Positions 19,834 to 30,019 of a stretch of DNA of 64,000 bases are shown piece by piece; position 1 is the stretch's first letter, and each line of letters begins with the position of its first letter. Source of the stretch: Nitrospirae bacterium GWC2_57_13 (lineage in GTDB: Bacteria > Nitrospirota > UBA9217); contig MHDZ01000033.1 in NCBI GenBank assembly GCA_001805055.1, positions 4,404-68,403 on the forward strand, read 5' to 3'. A program made the translations under genes and the position numbers. The notes under the pieces were generated by a model, which worked only from the letters and a program-made list of their open reading frames with translations, was not told the DNA's origin and ran no database searches.

Positions 19834-21132
19834 ATGGCTGACCTTCTCATACAACCTTCGCGCGGCCTTCACGGAGCGATCACCACACCCGGAGACAAGT
19901 CCCTGTCCCACCGTGCCGTGATGTTCGCGGCCATAGCCGAAGGTACCACGGAGATATCCGGTTTTCTTACTGCCGAGGACACGCTGAACACGGCCAAGGC
20001 CGTGCAGCAGCTCGGGATCACCGTCGAGGGACTCGGCACGGACCGCATGCTGGTGCACGGCAAGGGGCTGGACGGCCTGTCTGAGCCTGCCGGCGTGCTC
20101 GACCTGGGCAACTCGGGAACAGGCATGCGGCTGCTGGCCGGTCTTTTGGCCGGGCAGAATTTTTTTTCCGTCCTGACGGGCGATCAGTATCTGAGAAAGC
20201 GCCCCATGGCGCGCATTGTGGAGCCCCTTCGCCGGATGGGATCCATGATCGACGGCCGCAGCAATGGGAAGCTCGCGCCGCTGGCGATCCGGGGCGGGGG
20301 GGCGGCGCTGAAGGCAGTCGAATTCGCTTCCCCGGTGGCGAGCGCCCAGGTGAAATCAGCACTGCTGCTGTGCGGTCTCTATGCCGACGGCGTAACCACG
20401 GTGAGCGAGCCGCACAAATCGCGTGACCATACGGAGCGTATGCTTCGTTATTTCGGCGCTGACGTGGCCGAATCAGGGCTCTCTGTGAGCGTGCGCGGGA
20501 GGCGTCCCCTCACGGCAGGCGGTCCGGTCGTCATTCCAGCTGATATCTCTTCGGCAGCTTTCTTCATGGTAGCCGCCGCCGTGGTCCCCGGCTCTGATCT
20601 CCTGATCACGAACGTGGGTGTCAACCCGACGCGCACGGGAATCATCGATATTCTCCTCCAGATGGGAGCGGACATAACGCTCGAAAAAGAGCGCGATCAG
20701 GCAGGGGAACCCGTGGCCGATGTGCGGATCAGGCACCGGCCGCTCAAATCCGTTCAGATCAGCGGCGGTGTAGTACCTCGGGCCATCGACGAGATCCCCG
20801 TGCTGAGCGTTGCTGCGGCATATGCGGCCGGTACGACTGTGATCCGCGATGCCGCTGAGCTCAGGGTAAAGGAATCCGACCGCATAGCGACGATTGCCGC
20901 GGAACTGCGGAAGATGGGTGTGCAGATCAAAGAGCATTCCGACGGGATGGAGATAACGGGCGGCAGCGCCCTTACAGGCACCCGGTGCGAGAGCCACGGC
21001 GACCACCGCATCGCCATGTCTCTTGCCGTGGCCGGGCTGGCGGCGCGGGGAGAGACAACCATCGCCGGCAAGGAGTGGATCGATACGTCCTTTCCGGGAT
21101 TCGAAGGGTTGCTGAGGAAAACGGCTTCATGA
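19834..21132 (+). CDS. aroA: 3-phosphoshikimate 1-carboxyvinyltransferase (EPSP synthase)
   Basis: LDLGNSGTGMRLLAG and other EPSPS motifs. A TTG at 19825 is the alternative start. Confidence 0.9.
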   Translation: MADLLIQPSRGLHGAITTPGDKSLSHRAVMFAAIAEGTTEISGFLTAEDTLNTAKAVQQLGITVEGLGTDRMLVHGKGLDGLSEPAGVLDLGNSGTGMRLLAGLLAGQNFFSVLTGDQYLRKRPMARIVEPLRRMGSMIDGRSNGKLAPLAIRGGGAALKAVEFASPVASAQVKSALLLCGLYADGVTTVSEPHKSRDHTERMLRYFGADVAESGLSVSVRGRRPLTAGGPVVIPADISSAAFFMVAAAVVPGSDLLITNVGVNPTRTGIIDILLQMGADITLEKERDQAGEPVADVRIRHRPLKSVQISGGVVPRAIDEIPVLSVAAAYAAGTTVIRDAAELRVKESDRIATIAAELRKMGVQIKEHSDGMEITGGSALTGTRCESHGDHRIAMSLAVAGLAARGETTIAGKEWIDTSFPGFEGLLRKTAS

Positions 21133-21193
21133 CTCTCGGCAGCCGCTTCTTCCGGATCGGCTCAAAACAACTCCAGAAACGCGAGGTGGATGC

Positions 21194-22459
21194 ATGAAGG
21201 CCGTCAATATACTAGTGATCCTGTTCGTTGCAGTGATTGCGGCGCCCCTGTCCTGGGCGGCCGATGAGAAGCCGGTCTTCGGCCCGAAGACCTATGAGGT
21301 TCGGGAGAGGTTCGGGCTGGAAAACCGCTCCAGCGATGTCGTCAAGGTCCGTGAAGGCAGATATATGCTGAAGCTCCAGAACGGGACTGTTCCGCTCGAG
21401 CGGCCGGACTTTCTGGAGGTCATGGTGAACGGCGAAAAGGTCCTGCAGGAGAACCCCTATCTGCACGCGGTGATCGCCTGCTATGTAACGCTGAAGAAAG
21501 AGAATACGCTGACGGTCATGGTGCGGGACGCGAAACCGTCGGGCATGCGCAGGCCCGCGCCGACCCCGAAATCCCTGCTGCTTACGGTGACGCCGGCGCG
21601 TCTTGCCGATTTCGCAGGCGCCTATGGCGCAGCATCAGGGAACGACCTGCAGGTTCTGCTGAAAAGCATCCTAAGCATCAGGGACCCCGAAGCGCGCTCC
21701 CGTGCCGAGGAAGGGGCGAACCTGCGGAATGATCTCACTCATCGAACAACATCGCTCGGAAAGCTGGCTGCTTTGAAAGAGCGCACGGCCCGGGATTTCC
21801 TGCTGTTCCTGTATACGGACATGTCCGGACAACCCGAGGTCAGGGCCGAGGCCGCGACAGCGCTCGGCGTTCTGGGAGACAACACGGTCATACCAACGCT
21901 GATGCGCGAGATCGTGAACCCGAACGACCTGATCCGGACAGCCACGGCGCGGGCGCTTTCCCTCTATCCGGAAGAGGAAACCGCCGGACCGCTCACGCGG
22001 ACCTTGACGGCCCTGGACTCCATGAGAATGGGGGCGCTCATCCGGTCTCTCACGGCGGCAGGATGGAAACCGGTAGGTGTTGTCCTGCAGCTTGCCGACT
22101 CATCTGATCCTTATGTGGTCGGCATTGCCGTGGAGATCCTGGGCGGCCTGCAGGAATCGCGGGCCACGGACCGCTTGCTGGCGCTTTTCGCAGATCCCGG
22201 CAGTCGTGATCTGCGACCGATCATCTCCGCGCTCGGACAGTCCAGGGATCTGCGAGCCCTTGATCCGCTCCTGAAGCTTGCGGCCGATCCGAAGCGTCGC
22301 GCAGGAAAAGAAGCGGTCGTCGGTGAAGCGCTGGCCGATCTTGGCGATCAGCGGGGGGCTGCAGGAATCACCGAGATGATCAGGAAAAGCCCGTCCGATG
22401 CGGTGACTTCGCAGTTAAAGGCTTCGTGCAGAAAACTGACGGGCAGGGAATGCCGGTAG
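21194..22459 (+). CDS. secreted HEAT/PBS-lyase-like repeat protein
   Basis: Signal peptide. Repeated AxxALGxxGD / RxxAxxALG HEAT-like units. Confidence 0.55.
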   Translation: MKAVNILVILFVAVIAAPLSWAADEKPVFGPKTYEVRERFGLENRSSDVVKVREGRYMLKLQNGTVPLERPDFLEVMVNGEKVLQENPYLHAVIACYVTLKKENTLTVMVRDAKPSGMRRPAPTPKSLLLTVTPARLADFAGAYGAASGNDLQVLLKSILSIRDPEARSRAEEGANLRNDLTHRTTSLGKLAALKERTARDFLLFLYTDMSGQPEVRAEAATALGVLGDNTVIPTLMREIVNPNDLIRTATARALSLYPEEETAGPLTRTLTALDSMRMGALIRSLTAAGWKPVGVVLQLADSSDPYVVGIAVEILGGLQESRATDRLLALFADPGSRDLRPIISALGQSRDLRALDPLLKLAADPKRRAGKEAVVGEALADLGDQRGAAGITEMIRKSPSDAVTSQLKASCRKLTGRECR

Positions 22460-22493
22460 GATAGGAGCGTGAAGCAGCGAGGCTGCAGACATT

Positions 22494-23186
22494 ATGATCA
22501 AACGAGCACAGGGGCCGGTCATAGCCATTGATGGGCCCTCAGGGGCGGGGAAGAGCACGATCGCTAAGCTGCTGGCCCGCCGTCTGAAATATGCCTATAT
22601 CGACACGGGCGCCATGTACCGTGCCATCGGTTGGAAGGCAACGCGCGAGGGGATCGACCTTGCCGACGAACATGCCCTGGCGGAGCTGGTCAGCAGGACC
22701 AAGGTGACCTTCAATGGAGGCAGCGCTGATCCGAAGGTTTCTGTGGACGGCAGGGACGTGAGCGGAGAGATCCGTACGCCTGAAATGGGCATGGCCGCGT
22801 CTGCAGTCTCACGGTCTAAGACCGTGCGCGCCCGCCTGCTGGAACTGCAGCGGGAACTCGGGGCGGATGGAGGCGTGGTGATGGACGGGCGGGACATCGG
22901 CACGGTGGTCTTTCCCGACGCAGAGGTAAAGTTCTATCTCGACGCTACCGCGGAAGAGCGGGGCCGAAGACGCTACCAGGAACTGAAAGAGAAGGGACTG
23001 GACGTTGAACTCGCCCGTATCACCGGAGAGATTGCGATGCGCGACCTGCAGGACAGCCGGCGCGATATCGCCCCCCTTCGGAAGGCCGATGATGCGATCC
23101 TTATCGATTCGAGCAGGCTGACGGTCGAGGAAGTGCTTGAGCGAATGCTCGGTGAGATAGGATCAAGAAGGGCCGGCAGGGTATGA
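22494..23186 (+). CDS. cmk: cytidylate kinase
   Basis: IAIDGPSGAGKST P-loop and YIDTGAMYR. Confidence 0.9.
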   Translation: MIKRAQGPVIAIDGPSGAGKSTIAKLLARRLKYAYIDTGAMYRAIGWKATREGIDLADEHALAELVSRTKVTFNGGSADPKVSVDGRDVSGEIRTPEMGMAASAVSRSKTVRARLLELQRELGADGGVVMDGRDIGTVVFPDAEVKFYLDATAEERGRRRYQELKEKGLDVELARITGEIAMRDLQDSRRDIAPLRKADDAILIDSSRLTVEEVLERMLGEIGSRRAGRV

Positions 23187-24025
23187 AGATCATTCTGGCG
23201 GAAAAAGCCGGATTCTGTTTCGGCGTCAAACGGGCCATCGAGACGGCCTTCAAGGCGGCATCGAAAGGCAGGGGCTATTGCCTGGGGCCGCTCATTCATA
23301 ATCCCCAGGAGGTCGATCGGCTCCGGCGGGAAGGGGTCGAGACCGTTGAGAGCCTTGACGTCCTGTCAACGGGCGATGCCGTCATTATCCGCTCCCATGG
23401 CGTGCCTCCCTCCGTCCTTGCCAGGGCGCGGGACAAGGGTCTCACGATCATAGATCTGACCTGCCCCTTTGTGGGCAAGGCCCAGCGGCATGCGGCTTTG
23501 CTGCGCGAAGAGGGGTATCAGGTCGTGGTAGTGGGGGAGAAGAAGCATCCCGAAGTGCACAGCATTCTGGGTCATGCCGGACCCGATGCCCTGGTCGTGG
23601 AGACTCCTGAGGCGGTAGCGGGTACGCAGTTTCAGCAGCGGATCGGCGTGGTGGCCCAGACCACACAGGCATATAGCAATTTTTCCGGAGTTGTGCTAAA
23701 ATTACTTGAACTTTCAAAGGAATTGAAGATATTCAACACCATCTGCACCTCAACGGCTGAACGGCAGGAATCAACGCAAACCCTTGCCGGGAAGGTTGAC
23801 GTCATGATCGTGGTGGGCGGTAGGAACAGCGCCAACACGACGCGTCTTGTTTCCCTGTGCCGCGAGGAAGGCAAGCAGACCTATCACATCGAAACGGCCG
23901 ATGAGATACAATCGGACTGGGTGAAGGACGCAGGGACGGTGGGCATCACTGCAGGCGCATCCACACCCGACTGGATCATCGATGATGTGCTCAGAAGGCT
24001 GCAGGCAGAGAACACCGGGCAGTAG
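23183..24025 (+). CDS. ispH: 4-hydroxy-3-methylbut-2-enyl diphosphate reductase
   Basis: MKIILAEKAGFCFGVKRAIE N-terminus, conserved Cys ligands and HNPQEV motifs. Confidence 0.9.
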   Translation: MKIILAEKAGFCFGVKRAIETAFKAASKGRGYCLGPLIHNPQEVDRLRREGVETVESLDVLSTGDAVIIRSHGVPPSVLARARDKGLTIIDLTCPFVGKAQRHAALLREEGYQVVVVGEKKHPEVHSILGHAGPDALVVETPEAVAGTQFQQRIGVVAQTTQAYSNFSGVVLKLLELSKELKIFNTICTSTAERQESTQTLAGKVDVMIVVGGRNSANTTRLVSLCREEGKQTYHIETADEIQSDWVKDAGTVGITAGASTPDWIIDDVLRRLQAENTGQ

Positions 24026-24067
24026 CGCGACCTTTGATCTAAACCACGGGGGAGGGGAATCCTTTTC

Positions 24068-25762
24068 ATGATCGACAAGGAACAAGACTTCGAATACGAA
24101 GGCGAAGAAAGGACCGGCGAGCAGGGGCAGAATGAGTTCGAAAACCTGTATAACCAGTCCTTGAAAAGTTTCAAACAAGGGTCGGTCGTGAAAGGTACGA
24201 TTGCGCAGGTTCTGGCCGGTTCGGTGATGGTCGACGTGGGCTACAAGTCCGACGGTATGATTCCTGTTGATCAGTTCACGGCTGATGAGCTTGCCAGCCT
24301 TCAGCCCGGTGATGAGATCGAGGTCTTTCTTGAATCGGGTGAGGACTCCCACGGAAATCTGAGGCTGTCCCGGGAAAAAGCGAAGCGGATGCAGGCCTGG
24401 GACCATTTGAACAATGCCTACCAGAGCGGTTCTCCGATCAAGAGCAAAGTCCTCGCGAAGGTCAAGGGCGGGCTGTCCGTCGATATCGGCGTGAGCGCCT
24501 TTCTGCCCGGTTCGCAGATCGATATGCGGCCCCTGCGGAACCTGGACCAGTATCTCGGCAAAGTCCTTGATGTGAAGATAATCAAGATGAACCCCGGCAG
24601 GGGGAATATCGTCGTCTCCCGCAGGGCCATCCTGGAACAGCAGAGCGCTTCGCAGAAAGAGGAGACGCTGGCGAAATTGGCCGACGGACAGACCGTGAAG
24701 GGCATTGTCAAGAACATCACGGATTATGGTGCATTCATAGATCTGGGCGGCATCGACGGCCTGCTGCACATCACCGACATGTCCTGGGGGCGGATCGGCC
24801 ATCCCTCGGACCTGCTCAGCACGGGTCAGTCCATCGACGTAGTGGTGTTGAAATTTGATACCGAGCGGCAGAAGGTCTCACTGGGTCTTAAGCAGCAGAC
24901 GGAAGACCCCTGGCTCCGGGTGGCAGATCGTTTTCCCGTCAACGGGCGGGTGCGCGGCAAAGTCGTGAATCTTGCCGAGTACGGCGCTTTTATCGAGCTC
25001 GAGCCCGGCGTGGAGGGGCTCGTGCATGTCTCGGAAATGTCCTGGACCCAGAAGGTCAAGCATCCCTCCAGAGTCGTGTCCCTGGACGACGAGATCGAGG
25101 TGCAGGTGTTGTCCGTGGACCCGTCGGCCAAGCGCATCTCACTCGGGATGAAGCAGGTGGAGCCCAATCCGTGGCAGACCATCGCCGACCGCTATCCTGC
25201 AGGGACGGTCGTGGAGGGCAAGATCAAGACGATCACCGATTTCGGCGCTTTCGTCGGGATCGAAGAGGGCATCGACGGCTTGATCCATGTGTCTGACCTG
25301 TCCTGGACCAGGCACATCAAGCATCCTTCGGAGTTGCTGAAAAAGGGCCAGACTGTGAAGTCTATGGTGCTGAACATCGACGCTCAGAAGGAGCGCATCT
25401 CCCTGGGACTGAAGCAGCTCGATGCCGATCCCTGGGATAAGGGGATACCCGAACGCTATGCCATGGGCAGGGACGAGACGGTGAAAGTCGTCAAAGCCGC
25501 CGAATTCGGGCTCTTCGTCGGACTTGAGTTCGGCATCGAGGGCCTGATCCCCGCCTCGGAGATCCCGCGGGAATCAGAGGGGATCAAGGAAGGCGACGAA
25601 GTGACGGCCCGGGTGATCAAGGTGGACAGGGGAGAGCGAAAGGTCGCGCTCTCGATCAAGGCGCTTGTGAAGGGGAAGGACCGCGAGAGTGTGAAGGACT
25701 ACCTGGGACAGCAGGACAAGTTCGATACCACTATCGGTGCGCTTCTGAAAGGCAGGAACTGA
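24068..25762 (+). CDS. rpsA: 30S ribosomal protein S1
   Basis: Six S1 repeats (GxVxGxVxxIxxFGAFVxL). Canonical cmk-ispH-rpsA order. Confidence 0.9.
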   Translation: MIDKEQDFEYEGEERTGEQGQNEFENLYNQSLKSFKQGSVVKGTIAQVLAGSVMVDVGYKSDGMIPVDQFTADELASLQPGDEIEVFLESGEDSHGNLRLSREKAKRMQAWDHLNNAYQSGSPIKSKVLAKVKGGLSVDIGVSAFLPGSQIDMRPLRNLDQYLGKVLDVKIIKMNPGRGNIVVSRRAILEQQSASQKEETLAKLADGQTVKGIVKNITDYGAFIDLGGIDGLLHITDMSWGRIGHPSDLLSTGQSIDVVVLKFDTERQKVSLGLKQQTEDPWLRVADRFPVNGRVRGKVVNLAEYGAFIELEPGVEGLVHVSEMSWTQKVKHPSRVVSLDDEIEVQVLSVDPSAKRISLGMKQVEPNPWQTIADRYPAGTVVEGKIKTITDFGAFVGIEEGIDGLIHVSDLSWTRHIKHPSELLKKGQTVKSMVLNIDAQKERISLGLKQLDADPWDKGIPERYAMGRDETVKVVKAAEFGLFVGLEFGIEGLIPASEIPRESEGIKEGDEVTARVIKVDRGERKVALSIKALVKGKDRESVKDYLGQQDKFDTTIGALLKGRN

Positions 25763-25769
25763 AACCCCT

Positions 25770-26675
25770 ATGAAAAAGAACAGTGTCATCATGGTGTTCA
25801 TGACCGTCATCGCGCTCGGTGTGGCTTTTTTTATCGTGCTGTCGCTGGCCTCCTTTCTGATCCGCGGCAAGGCCCTTTCACCGATGAAGCCCCTGCCCGG
25901 CCTGGACAGGATAGCCCTGGTCAAGGTAGAGGGTGTGCTGATCTCGTCGGAACGCATCGTCGACGAGGTGAAAAATTATACCGAGGATTCGTCGATCAAG
26001 GCCATCGTGGTAAGGGTGGATTCTCCCGGCGGGGCCGTGGTTCCGGCGCAGGAGATCTATGAGGCGCTGAAGAACGCCCGGACAGAAGGGAAGAAGGTAG
26101 TTGTTTCCATGGGGTCCGTTGCCGCGTCAGGAGGCTACTATATCGCCGCTGCCGCGGACCGGATCGTGGCGAACCCGGGGACGCTCACCGGAAGCATCGG
26201 CGTCAAGATGGAGTTCGCAAATCTTGAACGTCTCCTGGAGAAGATCGGCGTCAAGGGCATGGTCCTGAAGGCCGGCAAGTACAAGGACGTGGGTTCTCCC
26301 TATCGCGAGATGACGGCACAGGAGAAGGAACTCCTTCAGAACGTGATCGATGATGTTCATAGCCAGTTCATTGAAGCCGTGGCAGAAGGAAGAAACATCC
26401 CTCTACAGGACATCAGGGCTATTGCCGACGGCCGCATCTTCACAGGACGCCAGGCTTACGAGTTGAAGCTCGTTGACCAGCTTGGCGACCTCTCCGCCAG
26501 CATCCAGGCTGCTGCCGATCTTGCGGGCATCAAGGGAAAACCCCGGATGGTCAGCAGGGAGCGAAAGACCCAGTTTTTTGATTATTTGAAGCAGGAGACC
26601 GCATCATGGATCGCCGATGTGCTGAGCGATGCCATGGGAAGAAATCATACGCGTCTGCAGTATCTCTACCAGTAA
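25770..26675 (+). CDS. sppA: signal peptide peptidase SppA (S49, 36K type)
   Basis: N-terminal TM. S49 motifs (SPGG, GSVAASGGYYIA). Confidence 0.85.
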   Translation: MKKNSVIMVFMTVIALGVAFFIVLSLASFLIRGKALSPMKPLPGLDRIALVKVEGVLISSERIVDEVKNYTEDSSIKAIVVRVDSPGGAVVPAQEIYEALKNARTEGKKVVVSMGSVAASGGYYIAAAADRIVANPGTLTGSIGVKMEFANLERLLEKIGVKGMVLKAGKYKDVGSPYREMTAQEKELLQNVIDDVHSQFIEAVAEGRNIPLQDIRAIADGRIFTGRQAYELKLVDQLGDLSASIQAAADLAGIKGKPRMVSRERKTQFFDYLKQETASWIADVLSDAMGRNHTRLQYLYQ

Positions 26676-26690
26676 GCTCAAGGAGGAGCT

Positions 26691-26975
26691 ATGACGAAAG
26701 CGGAGCTCATTGACAGAATTGCCGAAAAGAGGCCCAGCCTGACGCGAAAACAGGTGGAGGTTGTCGTCAATACGGTGCTCGACAGCATCAAGGACGCCCT
26801 CTCAAGGGAGGATAAGGTCGAGATCAGGGGCTTCGGGAGCTTTCGAATTCGCCATCGCCGGGCAAAAGAGGGCCGGAATCCCAAGACCGGCGACACGGTC
26901 CATGTTCCGCCGAAGAAGGTGCCTTTCTTCAAAGCCGGCAAGGAAATGCGGGAAATGGTCGACGGGAAAGAATGA
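26691..26975 (+). CDS. ihfB: integration host factor beta subunit (HU/IHF family)
   Basis: MTKAELIDRIA...GFGSFRIRHRRAKEGRNPKTGDTV with DNA-binding arm motifs. Confidence 0.7.
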   Translation: MTKAELIDRIAEKRPSLTRKQVEVVVNTVLDSIKDALSREDKVEIRGFGSFRIRHRRAKEGRNPKTGDTVHVPPKKVPFFKAGKEMREMVDGKE

Positions 26976-27122
26976 ATCTTTCCTGAACTGCACCGACACC
27001 TTTCCCGCCTCCCCGCAGCCGGTCGGCAGGCAGGCTTCACTAACCTTCAGCCTCTCGATCCTCGACAGGACCGGCATTCTTCATTCTCCTGCCGATTCCC
27101 TTTGACCATTTCCCCTTGATCC

Positions 27123-27773
27123 ATGAGCGAACCGAAGGAATATATCGACGTACTGGACTGCGCCGGCAAAAAAACAGGGCAGGCTATGCTGCGGGCCGAC
27201 GTCCATCACCAGGGGCAATGGCACGGCGCCTTTCATTGTCTGATCGTGCATCGAAGGTCAGGAAATTTTCACGCTTTCTTTCAGCTTCGCTCCCGCCAAA
27301 AGCTCCTTGCGCCCGGGCGGTTCGACGTCACGGTCGGCGGACATTACAGCACGGGAGAAGAGGCCGGCACGGCCGGACCCCGCGAATGCAGGGAGGAACT
27401 GGGGATAACAACGGATTTCAGCGATTTTATGCCTGTCGGGCGAAGGGTCTTTGTATACTGTTTTGACGGCGGTCTGCGAGAATTCGAATTCCAGGACGTG
27501 TTCCTGCTTGAGCGGGAGCTCGATCCGGGAGAGCTAGCACTCCAGCATAGTGAAGTGGACGGTCTGCTCGAGCTCGAGGTCAGCGTGGGGATTGCCCTTT
27601 TTTCCCATGCTGTCCCATCCGCCGAGGGGGCATTTTTTCATCCCCGCGGAACGAAAGAGCGCAGGACCGTTGCTGCCTCCGACTTCGTCCCTTGTTTAGA
27701 CAACTACTATCTCAAGCTTCTCCTGCTGGCGCGGCGCTTCTTGCTGGGAGAACGTGATCTGCTTATAATCTGA
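27123..27773 (+). CDS. Nudix hydrolase, IPP-isomerase (Idi type 1)-like
   Basis: HGAFHCLIV...GRFDVTVGGH...GE...RECREELGI resembles the Nudix/IDI box. The C-terminal ~70 aa is low complexity. Confidence 0.5.
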   Translation: MSEPKEYIDVLDCAGKKTGQAMLRADVHHQGQWHGAFHCLIVHRRSGNFHAFFQLRSRQKLLAPGRFDVTVGGHYSTGEEAGTAGPRECREELGITTDFSDFMPVGRRVFVYCFDGGLREFEFQDVFLLERELDPGELALQHSEVDGLLELEVSVGIALFSHAVPSAEGAFFHPRGTKERRTVAASDFVPCLDNYYLKLLLLARRFLLGERDLLII

Positions 27774-27820
27774 TCCAGCGGCTGTCCCGAGCCTCGGGGG
27801 ACACAAGGAGGGGCTCAACC

Positions 27821-27848
27821 TTGACAATTCGGCTGGTTCCGATAGAAT
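27821..27848 (+). promoter_or_regulatory. putative sigma70 promoter of the Rieske/cytochrome b operon
   Basis: TTGACA, a 16-nt spacer, then TAGAAT. Confidence 0.45.
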
Positions 27849-28038
27849 AAAAAGTAGTCTTCTGCAGACAGGTTCGCGCCAGCCGCGAGTTCAGAAAAAC
27901 ATCTTCTCCCGGGTGGCTTCTCGGGCCACTATCTCTATCCATAAGTATCAGGGTGGCATTGCGTCAGCGGGGTCCGTCAGCGGCGGATTTCGTTTTCCTC
28001 CCCTGCAATGCAGGGCGAGGAACTGAAGGGAGGCAGGA

Positions 28039-28578
28039 ATGAGCGAAGAGGGTATTACGCGACGAAATTTCATGATACGGACGATGGTTTCCATTTTCGC
28101 CTTCATCGGTGCGGCGCTGGCTGTCCCCCTCGGGGGGTTCAGCATCTTTCCGGCGTTGAAGCGCCGCGAGAGCGGATGGAGCGATGCCGGCACCGCTCGG
28201 GACCTGAGAGTGAATGTTCCTCAGGAACGCCGTTTTTACGAGGTCGTCAAAAAGGGCTGGCGGGAGGAAAAGGTCGAGCGGGCAGCCTGGTTCGTGAAGC
28301 AGGAGACTGGAATCATAGTCGTCTTCTCTCCGAGTTGTCCGCATCTGGGATGCGGATACCGGTGGCTTGCGGCAACGCAGCGCTTTGAATGCCCCTGCCA
28401 CGCCAGTGTTTTCGATATAAACGGCAAAGTGCTTTCCGGCCCTGCGCCGAGGGCGCTTGATGTCATGGAGTCGAGACTGGACAACGGACGGGTCCTGGTA
28501 AAATTCGAGATATTTCAACTGGGCACGCCGAAGAAGGTGCTTGCTTGGAGGAGGCGTCATGCTGAAACGGGTGCTTGA
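28039..28578 (+). CDS. Rieske [2Fe-2S] protein of a cytochrome bc-type complex (Tat substrate)
   Basis: RRNFMIR twin-arginine motif. CPHLGC...CPCHASVF Rieske boxes. Confidence 0.85.
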   Translation: MSEEGITRRNFMIRTMVSIFAFIGAALAVPLGGFSIFPALKRRESGWSDAGTARDLRVNVPQERRFYEVVKKGWREEKVERAAWFVKQETGIIVVFSPSCPHLGCGYRWLAATQRFECPCHASVFDINGKVLSGPAPRALDVMESRLDNGRVLVKFEIFQLGTPKKVLAWRRRHAETGA

Positions 28579-29884
28579 CTGGCTTGATGAACGGATCGAG
28601 GTGCGAAATCTTTGGGAGACCATGACGAACCGGCCCATCCCGGGAGGGTCGAGTTGGTTCTACGTACTTGGGTCCTCGCTGCTCTTTGTGTTCGCGCTCC
28701 AGATGGTGACCGGCATTCTGCTGACGCTGTACTATGCGCCCGTGCCGGACCACGCCTACCAGAGCGTCAAGTACATTCAGGAGGAAGCCCTGTTCGGAAG
28801 CTTTGTCCGCGGGTTGCATCACTGGGGCGCAACATTCATGGTGGTGCTCGTGTCACTGCATATGCTGCGCGTCTTCGTGTTCGGGGCCTACAAGAAGCCG
28901 CGGGAGGTCGTTTGGCTCGTCGGCACCGGTCTCTTTCTGATCGTATTCGGATTCGCCTTTACAGGCTATCTGCTGCCCTGGGACCAGAAGGCCTATTGGG
29001 CCACCGTAGTCGGGACGAACGTGGCCGGGACGGTGCCCGTCGTGGGCGGATTTCTGCTGCGGATCATTCGCGGCGGAGCCGAACTCGGAGATTTTGCTCT
29101 GAGCCGGTTCTTCACGATCCATACCTATATCCTGCCCTGGAGCCTTGCGCTACTTGCAGGTCTTCATGTGTTCCTGCTTGAGCGGGCCGGGGCCGGCGGC
29201 ACATGGAATGCTGCGGAGCGCACGCCCTATCGATCGGAGCCGCTCTTCCCGCACCAGATATTCAAGGACAGTATTTTCATCCTGCTGCTGGTTCTCGCCC
29301 TTTCGTCATTTGCCCATTTCTTCCCGGCCCCTCTGGAGCCCCAGGCAGATCCGACTGACAGCACCTATAATCCCCGGCCGGAATGGTACTTCTATGCCGT
29401 GTTCCAGATGCTGCGCATCTTCGAGGGGCCCTTTGAATTGATCGGGACCGTGGTCCTGCCTACGGTGGTGATCACACTGCTGCTGCTCGTACCGTTCATA
29501 GATCGCAGGCCGGAAAGGGATCCCTGGCGCAGGAAGGCCATGATGACCGCGGCAGCACTGGCCGTTGCTGGTGTTATGGCGCTGACCATTGCCGGGGCCC
29601 GGGCCCCGATCGTAGGCGTCCCTGCCGTGACGGAAGAATCGGCCCTGGCGGGCCGCCAGGTATATGCGCGGTCCGGGTGCGTTGCCTGCCACAGCATCCA
29701 TGGCAAAGGCGGGACCATCGGCCCTGACCTGACCGGCGTGGGTGCGCGGAAGGACCGTGCGTGGCTCGACAAATTCCTTGCCGATCCGCAGGCGGTCAAG
29801 CCGGGCGTCCTGATGCCGAAGCCTGATGTCACTGATTCGGAGCGGCAGGAACTGGTTGATTATCTGCTGAGCCTGAAGCAATAA
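28559..29884 (+). CDS. cytochrome b fused to a C-terminal monoheme cytochrome c domain
   Basis: Cytochrome b N-terminal motifs (conserved His in TM helices, PEW-like EWY). C-terminal CVACH heme c site. Confidence 0.85.
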   Translation: MLKRVLDWLDERIEVRNLWETMTNRPIPGGSSWFYVLGSSLLFVFALQMVTGILLTLYYAPVPDHAYQSVKYIQEEALFGSFVRGLHHWGATFMVVLVSLHMLRVFVFGAYKKPREVVWLVGTGLFLIVFGFAFTGYLLPWDQKAYWATVVGTNVAGTVPVVGGFLLRIIRGGAELGDFALSRFFTIHTYILPWSLALLAGLHVFLLERAGAGGTWNAAERTPYRSEPLFPHQIFKDSIFILLLVLALSSFAHFFPAPLEPQADPTDSTYNPRPEWYFYAVFQMLRIFEGPFELIGTVVLPTVVITLLLLVPFIDRRPERDPWRRKAMMTAAALAVAGVMALTIAGARAPIVGVPAVTEESALAGRQVYARSGCVACHSIHGKGGTIGPDLTGVGARKDRAWLDKFLADPQAVKPGVLMPKPDVTDSERQELVDYLLSLKQ

Positions 29885-29940
29885 CGAGATAAATCCAGTT
29901 GCGTGATCTCGACGCCGATATCGTCTGCCCCGGAGGGATC

Positions 29941-29980
29941 AAAATAAAAACCCTTCCCCTGATGTAAGGGGAAGGGTTGA
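29941..29980 (-). terminator. terminator for the mrp operon on the minus strand, possibly bidirectional
   Basis: CCCTTCCCC-loop-GGGGAAGGG hairpin flanked by A/T runs. Confidence 0.5.
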
Positions 29981-30019
29981 ATAAGCGCGTGTGACTCTTC
30001 AGCCGCGAACCTGTTACTG

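Noticed and set aside
23771-24802. 343-aa minus-strand ORF
   Set aside because: Antisense to rpsA.
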